A DNA stretch of 63,210 nucleotides, counting the filler, from Craspedostauros australis (lineage: Eukaryota), in the NCBI GenBank assembly GCA_030167865.1. It is 13 parts of 13 records of this genome, joined end to end, with 100 filler letters (N's around TTAATTAATTAA, not from the genome) between each part and the next. Parts side by side here need not be neighbours in the genome. Positions count along the whole stretch, not along the records: positions 7,666 to 28,989 come from JALAGF010005554.1; 12 more parts are not named here. The stretch is one strand, 5' to 3'. The position numbers were made by a program, and so were the translations under genes. This document shows positions 12,110-23,159 of this stretch, piece by piece. Position 1 is the first letter of the stretch, and every line of letters begins with the position of its first letter. The notes below the pieces were generated by a model. It was not told where the DNA came from and searched no databases. It saw nothing but the letters and a program-made list of their open reading frames with translations.

Positions 12110-13265
12110 CCCAAGCCACAGCAACCAAATCATCGCACCAACCATGCATCGGGTCATGCAGTCCGACGAGCCAGCGCCTCGGTCGCAGTTCGTCAAGACG
12201 CAGGACCTCAACAACCTCGGCGTCGAAATGATGCAGAACCAGCGATTCGACGAAGCCAACCAGGTGCTGTCGGAGGCGCTGAAATCGACCAAGCTCCAGC
12301 TGAAGCGCAACCAAGAACGTCTCTTGGCCATTGCCGCCAACACTGGCACATCCTGCCACTGTGGCTCCTGCGATTGTCAGGACTCGGCAGCGGACAACGC
12401 AGAGGCAAGCAGCAGCGTGGCTGCCGTGGGTCCGCAGGTGGGAAGCCAGCCAATGGACCAATGCCACTACCAGCAGCATCCCCAGAGCAGCGTCGCGCCT
12501 TCGCAAGGCGTACAGGAGCAATCAGCCATGCCGCCAACTTCGGCTTTGGCTTCAGCCTCTCCCCAATGCTGCGCTTGCTCCGGCGATTTCGATGCGCGAT
12601 GCGAGCACATGGAGTACACCTTCCTCCGCAATACCAGCGGTTTGGATTACACTGATGGTCTGCCGCTGGTGGGCTTCATCTTGTACAATCCCGCCGTCTG
12701 CCTCCCAGAACCCAGCCTTCAGACTGAGGGTTGCACCAGGTGCTACGCCAAGCTCTCCTTCGTCATCGTGATGAACCTCGCACAGTCGCACCACATGAGA
12801 GCAATCCAGCTGTACACCCAATCCCACAAAGGCCAGTCCACGGAGGTGGACCAAACCTGCCCAGCAGGCACGCTCAAGCTCTTCATGAAGGCACTGAGAT
12901 TGTACGAGGTGGCGCAGGCCATCTACAACAAGCAAACCGCTGACGAGGAAAGCAGCGGCCCTGACAGCTCCATGCTGGAGATGATGCTGATCGTCAACAA
13001 CACGGCGCAGATCCACCAGATCCTTCGCAACAGCAACCAAGTGCAGGCGTGCCAGCAGCGGCTCCTTGAGGTCATCATGTTCTTCGGTCATCACTCCGTC
13101 TGCGACCCCGCCAACGGCCTGATCGACAACGTCGCCAACACAAGTGAGCAGAACACGCCAGCGGCCACATCCAGAACCGTCTCTCGCATGCAACTCCAAG
13201 GTGTGATGAAGAACGTCCAGCGAGTGCACCTGCAGGATCAGCTGGTGACAGCCGCAGCGGCATAA
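12078..13265 (+). CDS. Uncharacterised TPR-like helical protein (diatom-type family), up to 395 aa
   Basis: Intact intronless ORF with GC3-rich codons. TPR-like motifs LNNLGVEMMQNQRFDEANQVLSEAL, IVMNLAQSHH, KALRLYEVA, LIVNNTAQIH; ends in AAAA. The exact start is uncertain because of an (AACATG)n repeat. Confidence 0.8.
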   Translation: MNMNMNMNMNIPSHSNQIIAPTMHRVMQSDEPAPRSQFVKTQDLNNLGVEMMQNQRFDEANQVLSEALKSTKLQLKRNQERLLAIAANTGTSCHCGSCDCQDSAADNAEASSSVAAVGPQVGSQPMDQCHYQQHPQSSVAPSQGVQEQSAMPPTSALASASPQCCACSGDFDARCEHMEYTFLRNTSGLDYTDGLPLVGFILYNPAVCLPEPSLQTEGCTRCYAKLSFVIVMNLAQSHHMRAIQLYTQSHKGQSTEVDQTCPAGTLKLFMKALRLYEVAQAIYNKQTADEESSGPDSSMLEMMLIVNNTAQIHQILRNSNQVQACQQRLLEVIMFFGHHSVCDPANGLIDNVANTSEQNTPAATSRTVSRMQLQGVMKNVQRVHLQDQLVTAAAA

Positions 13266-13887
13266 TTGCAGAGAGCCACACCAGCATGATCTTCGCAGGC
13301 GAGACCTTCCGGACATTTTAGAAATGTAAATATCAATAGAGCATGCTCACAGAGTACAGTAAAGCAGACCACGCACATTCGCCTGCGCACACACACATTA
13401 TACACAACACATTGTAGAGCACTTGCGCCGCCGTCACGTTTCAATGAATGCGACATAGAGCTATCGCGTGGTCACACAATGCGTACAATAGGGGCAAGAT
13501 CGAAGGGCCTGTGAACGTTTCATCTCACTGTTTTGCTCACTCTACATTAGTCTACGCCTTCGCTCTTTCACATCTTCCAATCACGTTCGTGATCTGTATT
13601 CGACTACATTGACTCAAACCCAACTTGCGCGGTCATCTCGTCGAACTTGAAGTTGTTCGCCTCGTTCTCTGTCTCTTTGCAGATTCGCTTTCTTTTCTGT
13701 GGTGACGGGGTGTTGCGTTCTTGTGTGACACACATCACTCCACCTCGTGTCCATGTTCCGACATCCATCACAACCGACGATGCCCACACAAGAAGTCTGA
13801 AGCCTCCTCCGAGACCCGTGTTGATGTGCCGACACAATGCTGCATTCAATCGAGCGCCCGTGAACCTGCGTCGACGCTCCAGCCGGT

Positions 13888-16800
13888 TCACACCCGCTCC
13901 TTCGTCAGCATGATGACGTAGGTACTTGCCGGATCCAGAGTGGAGCACCGGGTGCTGCCGCTCCTCGGCAACGCGGTGTGAAACATTGGAGTGAGCAGGA
14001 ACACTTTGGTGTTTTGGTTGATGGCAAACATCGCGATCCGTTGTTTGTTTTCATATTCCTTACGGAAGCGATTGTACGACTGCGAATCTACATCGGACTG
14101 CAACGTGAGGCGGAACGAGATCGTCTTCCATCGTCCGCTGCGGACCTTGTCGGAGAGGAAACGAGTGAACTCATCGATGCGCAAACGACCCTTGTCCTTC
14201 ATGCTCTCTGGGAGGTATCCTTCCGCGCTCATGTTCAACGCATCTTCCGCCACGAGGCATCCGAAAAAGAGAATTCCGTTCACTTCGAATCGGTAACGGT
14301 CGTTGCCCTCTGCGCTTTTAATCCGCTGGCCTGCGCCATTGGGCTGAGAGCGCGGGGCAGTTGACGAGGCAACCAAATCAGTGGGCGTGCCCATGCGAAG
14401 AGGCGGCGGCGGAGGTGGTGGGGTATACGGTGGTGGAGCATACGGTGGTGGAGTATACGGCGGCGGAGTCAGTGGAGTATACGCCGGCTTTGCCTGGCCA
14501 TCGTCGAGCACCGCCAACGCCGCTCGAATGTCAGCCTCCGACAGACCACCGGCAAGAGCGGACAGCCCAGTTGACTCTGGTTCTGGCGCTGCCGTCATTG
14601 TTGCCGTGATACGGCTGATGGAAGAAGCGCGGCTGGCGGTATGTTGCTTTTGTTTGCTGGTTGATCTGAGATCTTTGCTGCCACCCGCGCTTAAGGCGGT
14701 CAGTTTCCCAAGCGTCAGTTTCGTTGTCGGCTTTCCGTTCTTCGCCCGCAGTTTGGTGTTGGATGCCTTCGATAGCGGTGATGATGATGATGATGCAGCG
14801 CCGTTCCTCCCAGCCCCCACACTCCGCATCGATGATCTTGACGCTGTTGCGTTGCCCTTCTTACCCGGTGTTGTGGGTTTGTTCAGTATCAGCTGTGACT
14901 GGGCCTTCTCCTCCGCTTTCGCCCGGTCCGACTTCCTCTTCTGGCTCGCAAGTTCCTCAGGAGTCATCACGATCAAACGAGCCACGGGGATTTCGCCCAC
15001 TAGCACGCGAGGGCAAAGAGTCCGGTTGTTCTTGTCCTCGAAGTTGTATCGCAGACTCCTCGCCTTGTCTCTGTAGTCGTTCGACACTCGGGCAATGCCG
15101 TCCTCTTTTTGGTAACGCTCAAACAACGCGCGTTCGATTTCCCATGCGCGCATTGCGCAGAAAGCGTTGAGGTCTTGCTTCGTAGTTGCATCCGAGGACT
15201 CCAGGTCAACGCCGATCGCCTTGGAGGCACTTCGGAAGGCCTTCGACAACGCATTGCGGCACGTGTCGCGGAATGATGTCTTTTCCGGCGCGTGGATTAC
15301 GGCATCTGCCCCAGCATTGGGAGTGCTACTGCCAAGGTTGTTACTGCTGCTGTTGCCGTGCGTACTGGATGTCGTGTCTGTCCTCCGAGCTTTTGTCTTC
15401 GTCGATAGCTGGCGTCGCAAAAGGAGCGCGTCGAGTAGCTCGTAGCGATTGCTCAAGATCGACGCGGAGCTTTCGTACTGCGACTTTTCGAACTTGTCGT
15501 TGAGTTCCTTGGTGGAGAACTTCGCAAGATAGCTCTCCATGGACACCAGCAGGTTGACGAAGGAGTCCACAAAGTTCTTGGCGGGTGATACCACCAACCC
15601 TTCGCGCCCTTCATCCAGCAGGCGGGACAGACCAGATCGGAACGCAAGCCACTTGAGCAAGGCCCGCTCGCTTTGCAGTTCCGCCGCGTACTCCGTGTGA
15701 AACTGGCGAAAGTCGTTCAACAAGTCCTTCATGCTGTTCTCCCATTTGGCGAGAGTGGCAATATCATTGCGCAGGCAATCGAACAGCAGCGGGCACCAAC
15801 GTAGCGTCGTCCCGCCGATGCTGTGGTGGGCGCCGTCCTTCTTGAACATCACCCTCAGCGTCGCATCCTGCTTGTTGGTGGAGATGAAGATGCCATGAGC
15901 GCTGATGGCCCGTCTCAAATCATCTGGGACTTGCAGGAAGATCTCCTTGCCAGCCTCCAGCAGCCTGTACGCGTCGACGTTCGGAATTACCAGCTTGCCT
16001 CGGCCGGGCGATTTTTCGAACGGGGACAGCGGCGTGACGGCCGCGTTCAGCTGTTCGATCCAGGTCGATGCTTTCCGTATCCAGTCGAACGCTGCTTTTC
16101 CTGGGGTTTCCGCAAGCAGATTTCCCGACAGAATTGAAAGAGAGTGAACCAAGGTTCGCAGTGCGACAAAAATCGGGCTCCCTGTCAGCTTGTAGAGGAT
16201 GAATTCTCCACGCTCCCCCACCAGCGATTCCGTCTCTGGGTATGGCGTCCTGTCCGGGTCATGAAAGTCCTTGCCAAGCAAGTCCTGCATGCATTGCTCG
16301 AACTTGTTGGATGTCTGGTGAATCCCACAAACGGCGTCCTCGCGTGGCATGATCACCTTGGTCAGGATGGGGTCGCTGGCGAGTCGCTCGACCTTGAGGA
16401 GATTCACCTGAGAAGAGCTGGCATCGAGGTCGGGTTCCGCGTCGCGGGATTTTGTCGGCGATCCGCTCGGAACGCGGCGTCGCCCGCCACGGAAGGAAAG
16501 CATGGTGTTCTTGGTGATCTCATCCTGCCAGGCCTTCGCAGCCTGATGCAGCTCCTTGATGCGGAGTATCACGAGGGCGACATCGCCGACGGTGTCCTCA
16601 ATGTGCGCTGGTAGGCGCTCGAAGAGACTGACGAGGACATCCCATGGGATCCGGTTCGTTGTAGTGCCGGAAAGATGCGAGACTGCGTACGTGGCCTCGT
16701 CCAGGTACAGCATGGGGTATGGGAACGTGCGGACCTGGCAATGATCATATGGATGTTTGTACGAGTACGTGTGCGAGGTTGTCCATTTTTTGTTGTTGTG

Positions 16801-19800
16801 TGGGGGAAGAGAGGAGGTGGATGCCAACGTGCAAAAGAACGGAGCGTGTGAGTGGTGTGCAATGCGGCTGAGGCGCTCCTACCACTACATGTAGTCATGC
16901 TTCACACTGAAGCATCGTCGCAGACTTGTCGTACATGTAATACGTATGTACGTATCATCACGTGGCCCCTACTTGGATGAGGGCAATTCAACTTTCAAAC
17001 ACAACAACAGCAAGTGTATTCACGAGATGTACGAGTATATGTCCACATCCATGATCATTCGCCCACGTTTGCAGCGGTGAACTTACCAGCCAGTTGAAAG
17101 TTTTGATTTGGAGATCCAATTGTGGTTCCAAGTTTCGATTCAAAGACAAACCGTTCCCACCCTTCGATCGCAGTTTCATTGCCACGAAGAAGTCTTTTAA
17201 CTTGGCCGAACAAGTTCGAATCAGCTCCTGATTTTGGAGCGTATTCCGCACCAACTCTTTGCAGCTTGATAAGAGTTGTGAGATGTCCCGCTCCATCGTC
17301 TGAGCTTCAGCGAACACCCGATAAAATTGTTGCAGCTCGGCTGTGTGGTGTCCGGTCAGGTTCAGGAAGCCCTGCTGAATTTGGCTCTGCGACTCGAAAT
17401 TGGTCTGGAGATGCTGCGCATGCGTGTTCATGATGTGCTGGGGTTGGGGCTGTTGCTGTTGCAGCTGGATAGCGTCATCGAGCGAGAAAACAACCGGGAG
17501 TTGAGTCCCTGCAACATTGCGCTGTGGTGGATTGGAGCAGTGCTCGACGAAACGGGAGATTTTGACATGCCATAGCACCCAGCACATCGCACGCAGAGGA
17601 CCGCCCTCCGAGGCATCCACCGCGATCTGGAGCATGCGCGATATGATCGCAAGGCCGAGGTCGCTGGTTTTCAACTTGTCCAACGGTAATGATCTTGATG
17701 GCCGCCGTTTCATTCGAAGGCTCAGAAGCGCGGCATCCGATGGAACGACAGGATGATCCATCGGGTTGCGCCCCTCTGATACTGTTGATGATTGAAGAAA
17801 CTGCAAGACGATGTCGACACCTTCGAGCAAGAGTGTATACCCCACTTCCTGCAGTAGAGGGGAATCTCCGTTCTGAATCGGTGCCAATGTCTTCGCGTCA
17901 GATGCGAGATTTTGCTCGCTGACAACGGCATGCGCCGTGGTGTGGTACTGTGGAATGGAGGCCAAGTAGGCCTTGATCCTTTGATACCAATTCACCACGT
18001 CGACGATTCCATCGTACGTGGATCGTGTTGGTTCCATGATAATCCCCTGCGGTCTGAGATCGCGTTGTGAAATCACGAATTGCAGGCACTGCGAGAACGA
18101 ACCCCTGAAATTAGCGACCTGGCCTTCCAGGCCCGCCTTCCACCGCAAGGCTTCGTCGTACACCTTCTGGAGACTAGAAATGCACTCAGCGATGTCAACA
18201 CCGAGCAAGTTGTACATTTCAATCAAATCGTAGATGCGCTTGATATCCACCATCCCCGTGACCTTGTGTGCGCCTTGGGTGCCAGCCACTGTCCTATTTC
18301 CGTGGGCAGCCAATGCATGGATTACAGCGTCGGCCTTCGTCTTCCATGCGGAAGCATTTTGGTACATCGTGATGACAACGGTGCATTGGGCAGGGCAGAT
18401 CTCTTGCAAGCTCCTTGCTGCGAACAATTGCACTTGCTGGTCTATGGCTTCATTTGGCTCGACATGTTTTGTGAGCATGCTACGCCTCGCCGATCTCCCC
18501 GTTTGCAACAGAATGAGCAGTTCGTGGAGCTGTTTCAGCGCGGAGAAGGAAGGGTGGACTTGGGCGCCGCTACCATCCATTCCTGCCAATGTCTGCAACT
18601 GCTGCAACCAATTGAGAAGGTCCGAGCGCACAGCTACCAGTTCTTCTACCACAGACAGGTACGGGACGGTGGCAAGTTCCGCCAGCGCTGTGTTGATTCC
18701 ATTCTGTGACAGCAAAGGCGAAGCTGGCAAGTGAGCATTGCCCATGGTGTTTGTGCCATTGTTTTGTGCAAGGCCTGTGAGTTGAGAATGGTACATTTGG
18801 CAAATGGTGTAAATTGTGCCGTACTTCTGCAACAGCGCCTGCAATCGGTTCAGACAGTTCTGCCAAAGACCCTGCGCGACGTTCGATTCGCTTTGGAGGC
18901 TTGCGATGAACTCTTTGAAGCCCTCGGCTCTTCTCAAAAGTCCGTTCACGAAGTCAGGTCGTTCACGCATGCTTTCTGCGTGCCTCAGATCGATCAGCCA
19001 TATCCGGAGATCACGAGCGTTAGCGAGAATGGCTTTGGTGAGGACGCACGGTTGTTGCCCGAATGGTTCTACGCGGAAGCAATGGGAGTTGGGATTGGCG
19101 GATTCATCCAAGAGCTGTTGCAGTTTGCGTAGACACTGATCGTCCTGCTTGCTTGAGAGCGAGGTCTCGCTCAAAACTGCATCAATCTCGGCTTCGGCTT
19201 TTGTCTGGAACGCGAGGATGCTGTCAAGCATCTCGCTCAATCTCGACTGCAGATCAGTGAACTCAAAATGTCTCAAGACTGGATCGTTGGATGCTTGAGA
19301 ATAGCATGAGTGGATCTCTTCGTACGTCATTTTGCGTTGATGGCTTGTTTCAGATTCGCTCACGTCACTGTCCTCGTCATCTTCGTTGCGATTCTCGGCT
19401 CGATCCACGCCATCCTCCCCTGAACCGTGCTCTCCATTTGTCTCGCCTCTTATCTGCGGTCCGACCTTCTCATGCAGCTCTTTTCGCAATGTGTCGTCCG
19501 TGATGTTGCCGAGACAGTTGCTTGCCTCATGGTGCCAATCCAGTGCGGGCCTCAGCACGGATGCGGACAAAGCGTCGATCATCCTTCCAAATTGGCCGAG
19601 ACACCAACCAACACACCATCGATCCTCGCTCGTCGTCTTCAGCACGTCAATCATTTCATTGATGGTCGTTGGCATGGCTTCAATGATGTCTTCGTTGTCG
19701 GCATGTGGGTCAGTCCGGCGATTCTTTTTACGTCGCTTCGTCCTACGCGTGTGCGATGCATTGAGCAGCGGGTTTGGACCTTTCCGCTTGCCTGCTGCTG

Positions 19801-21379
19801 TGGGTGTTGGATCCAGTTCCAAGCAGTACAGCACAGTATTCCGCCCAGTCTCCAGATATTCCGAGGCCACTCTCTCAACACTGAGCTTCTGCGGCTGTGG
19901 CTGCTGCTGCTGCGACTGGTTTGAGTCGGTAGGAGCGTCAAGTTGAGACGCGCTTGGCAATGCGTGCACGTATTGCAATAGCTGCCAGCACGTGCAGTAC
20001 CACGCACACGTGCGTTCGAGCCCCTTCATGCATGAGACCAGATGGTCGACGTAGGTTTCGGTGGGATTCGGCTCGCCGTCCACGAATTTGCTGGAACCGT
20101 GGTGATTGACGATCTTCGCGATTCTGGTGCGCAGATACACCTGGGAGAGGAGCAGGTATCGCAGGTGCTGAATACGTCGGATGTGAGGCAAATCGCTGGG
20201 GCTGATCGATGGCGATTCCTGATGACTCGTGATTTCGAAGGGCAGCAGATTGACTGACATGAGCGATTGGTTCAGTTCGTTCAGCTTGGGCATGTCCATC
20301 ACCATGCTCGTGTCCGCGGGTATGCTTTCAAACCATTTGTCGGTTGTGCATGGGTTCTCCAGCAATGCTTTGGAACGTTTGACCCAGCCGATGGCGCTTG
20401 GGCGGACGTTGGATGAGTCCAGATTCTCCATCTCATACACATCGTCTTCCCCGACGAATGAAACTTTGAACATGAAATTCCCTTCAGCAGTCTTTCGGAC
20501 AGACAGAACGCGCCCAGCGTACCAATCAGCGATCACGCTGCCTTCGCTGTCGTCGTCATAGTCATCATCATCGTCTTTGCCATCCTTGCTGGCCGCCTGG
20601 GAGGCAGCGGTAGTCTCGGCGCCGGTTTGTGCACCAACCAGTGCATCACCAAAGCCAACGTCAGGAACGACCCTGACACCGACCACCACACCAATGGGCT
20701 CGCCCTCACCGGCCCCATGGCTTTGGTCTTCATTAGCATGGCCATTCTCTCCGTTCCTTCCCTTTCCGTCGCCCGTCGCATGTTGCTGGGGTGCTGCCCC
20801 TAGATTATAAGCAGAAGTGGCAGTATTACCAGCAGCAGTAGTAACATCACTAGCAGTAGTAGCCCTGGACTCCTCGGCGTCCCTCAGTTTAGCGGACTTT
20901 TTTATCCCACGTTTGCTCCTTCTCTGCTCCGTCAATGCTGCATCCACCGGGGCGTCGCTGCTTGCGGGACCGTGCGGATCCGCGTTGGAATTGGTAGTTA
21001 CGGATGCCTTCATTGCTCCTTGCTGATGGAGTCCCGTCCCAACGGCCGTCGGTTCCATGGCCATAGGGTCACCAAGGAACTCTTCCATAATCGCCATGTC
21101 CACTGGATTGGTGGTGTCTGAGATCTGTTCGGAAGAACCGACGCTAGGATTTGCGCTCACACCTCCTGCCATTGCCATGGCAGGGGCGCCAGGAGACAAA
21201 ACAGCCTGCCCTGTCCCTGCGATCGCCATGCCATCTCCACTGCCTCCGGTGTGCGTACCATCGTTCGCCTGCAGGACGTCGACCGGCTGCGCATCGTCAC
21301 TGGTGTCCTTCCAAAAGATCTCCCAGTCCCGACCGACGAGGCTGTTCGCCCACTCCTCGGTTACACCTTGCGTCCCCAT
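13888..21379 (-). CDS. Two-exon ~2380-aa nuclear protein: Tudor-like N-terminus, long helical region, TFIIS central (TFS2M) domain and C-terminal SPOC domain (PHF3/DIDO/Bye1-like)
   Basis: Exon 1 is 21379-17087 and exon 2 is 16734-13888. The phase-0 intron 17086-16735 (GTAAGT...CCAG) joins TFNWL|VRTFPYP in frame. TFS2M: AWEIERALFERY...YRDKARSLRYNFEDKNNRTLCPRVLVGEIPVARLIVMTPEELAS (~15150-14945). SPOC: LPESMKDKGRLRIDEFTRFL...YNRFRKEYENKQRIAMF...VFLLTP. An alternative ATG is at 21409. Confidence 0.88.
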
Positions 21380-21884
21380 TTCGATTTGTGATGCTGTTAA
21401 GTTGCACATGCATCAGAATGCCGTATCGAGCATTCGATATCGACACAGTGAATGGCACGAGTGCGAGTAGGTATGGCGTGGTCGATGATTGTTTGTGCGG
21501 ATCATCAGCACCATGGCGTGGCGAGACGCGACATGACGAGCGTGTCGAAACGCACAACCACGCAAAAGCGTTTGGGCAAAGTGATGCTTGGACCAACACG
21601 TTTTTGTGAGTGGAGGCAATGTCCGTCCGTCGTTCGGTGCAACATAAAAAAGCTAGAAGTCAGAAGTCGCTGCAACATTCGAACTCGCCAACGCCCTTTG
21701 CGTGATTTTCTTCCTTCGATGGTGTTGGTTCGAAGAGCTAGAATGATTCTGTTAGACTCTATCATCGTGACCGCCAGAAAAGCTTGGAAAGCATGCAATC
21801 TACTCAGGATGCAATGTATCAATCTCTCTAGATTCGTTCGTGCTTAAGTTGATGAGAGATGACTGAACCGTGTTCTTGCCCCTT

Positions 21885-22330
21885 TATGACCCACTTGAGT
21901 GAACGAAGGTGCAGTCGCGCCTAGTCGTGACTCAGATTTTCGTAAAATTTAAAATGACATATAAAAACATAATCTAGACCACCGTGCGATCTTATCCATA
22001 TAAAAATGGCCTTCATCCGACCTTTGCTTCCAAAGTTATACACACTTATCTACCACGCACAACGCCGTGCTATTTTTCCTCCTCAAATTTCGGAAATGGG
22101 TCTTGGTTGTTCGTGACTTAATATTTTCGATGGTGTCTTTTCGGTTAATTACGGNNNNNNNNNNNNNNNNNNNNNNNNNNNNNNNNNNNNNNNNNNNNNN
22201 NNNNGTCTTGGTTGTTCGTGACTTAATATTTTCGATGGTGTCTTTTCGGTTAATTACGGTTATATTTTGGCGATATGCGCCTCGTCAGTGTCTCTTCCTA
22301 TCGCAACGTCACTATCTTGATCTATTCATG
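21885..22330 (+). mobile_element. AT-rich putative DNA-transposon terminus (TA|TGACCCACTTGAGTGA)
   Basis: Start nearly matches TA|TGACCCCACTTAGTGA at 45484; abrupt shift to AT-rich non-coding DNA. Right boundary not defined. Confidence 0.4.
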
Positions 22331-22943
22331 ATGGGCATTTCATTGCGCTATTCTCTGGTTTCCGCGCTTGGTTGTCTCGCTTTTCCTGCAGCTTCTTGTG
22401 AATGCGAATTGCCTTGTTCGTCACAGGCTACGTGCTCCTCGTCGTCATCCCGTTTGTCAACAACCCTCCATTGGTATCATCCATGCCATCGACAAAAAAA
22501 TAATCAGGGCGATCTATCCAATTCAACTATCATCTGCGTTTTTCAACTTGTTCATGAAGATCTACATCAACCATTCCGTTTTTGACGACGGCTACCACAG
22601 ACAGCACACAAAGGTTCTGCTCCTATTTCATGACGGACATGGCGTTATCTGTCATGCATTCGATGGCCACGATGATGCTGACAGCGACGGTGGTGTTGAT
22701 TGGGGCAGCATTGACATAGACAGCCATGATGACGCCCAGGATAGCGTTGTCAGTGGCTATGGTCGCCACCATGGCAATGAAGGTGGTGGTGCTAGCCACA
22801 GCAATGCTGTTGTCAAGAACGATGGTGGTGATGGCAACAAAGATGGTGATGGGGAAAGCAACCTGAATGATCCCATCACGGAAGGTAATGGTGATGGCAA
22901 TGAAGGTGGTGTTGGTAAGAGAAATGATGGTGACGATGGCAGG

Positions 22944-23105
22944 TGACAGCTTTCTCCATACTTTTTACCTCTTTTCTAATCATATGAGTCAAAGTACTGG
23001 TTGGAAATTGTCCTCGGAAAACTCACAATAAAAGAACAAGAGCTCTGACCAGAGCATGCAACAACGGGCCAATACGTCTCCAGTAGTTACTTGTGCACTT
23101 TGACA
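22944..23105 (+). repeat. 5' LTR (162 bp)
   Basis: Direct repeat of 28623-28785; hand alignment gives about 20 substitutions and 1 indel. Confidence 0.95.
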
Positions 23106-23159
23106 GATTTAGAGTTGTGGTTTGCCAACAAGCTTATCACCTTTACAACATCAGCTACC

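Noticed and set aside
11702..13316. Overlapping ORFs 11702-12655 (+) and 12552-13316 (-)
   Set aside because: Shadow frames of the GC3-rich 395-aa gene, with low-complexity translations.
16735..17086. Two separate genes (979 aa and 1473 aa), as suggested by the ORF track
   Set aside because: A canonical phase-0 intron joins them in frame.
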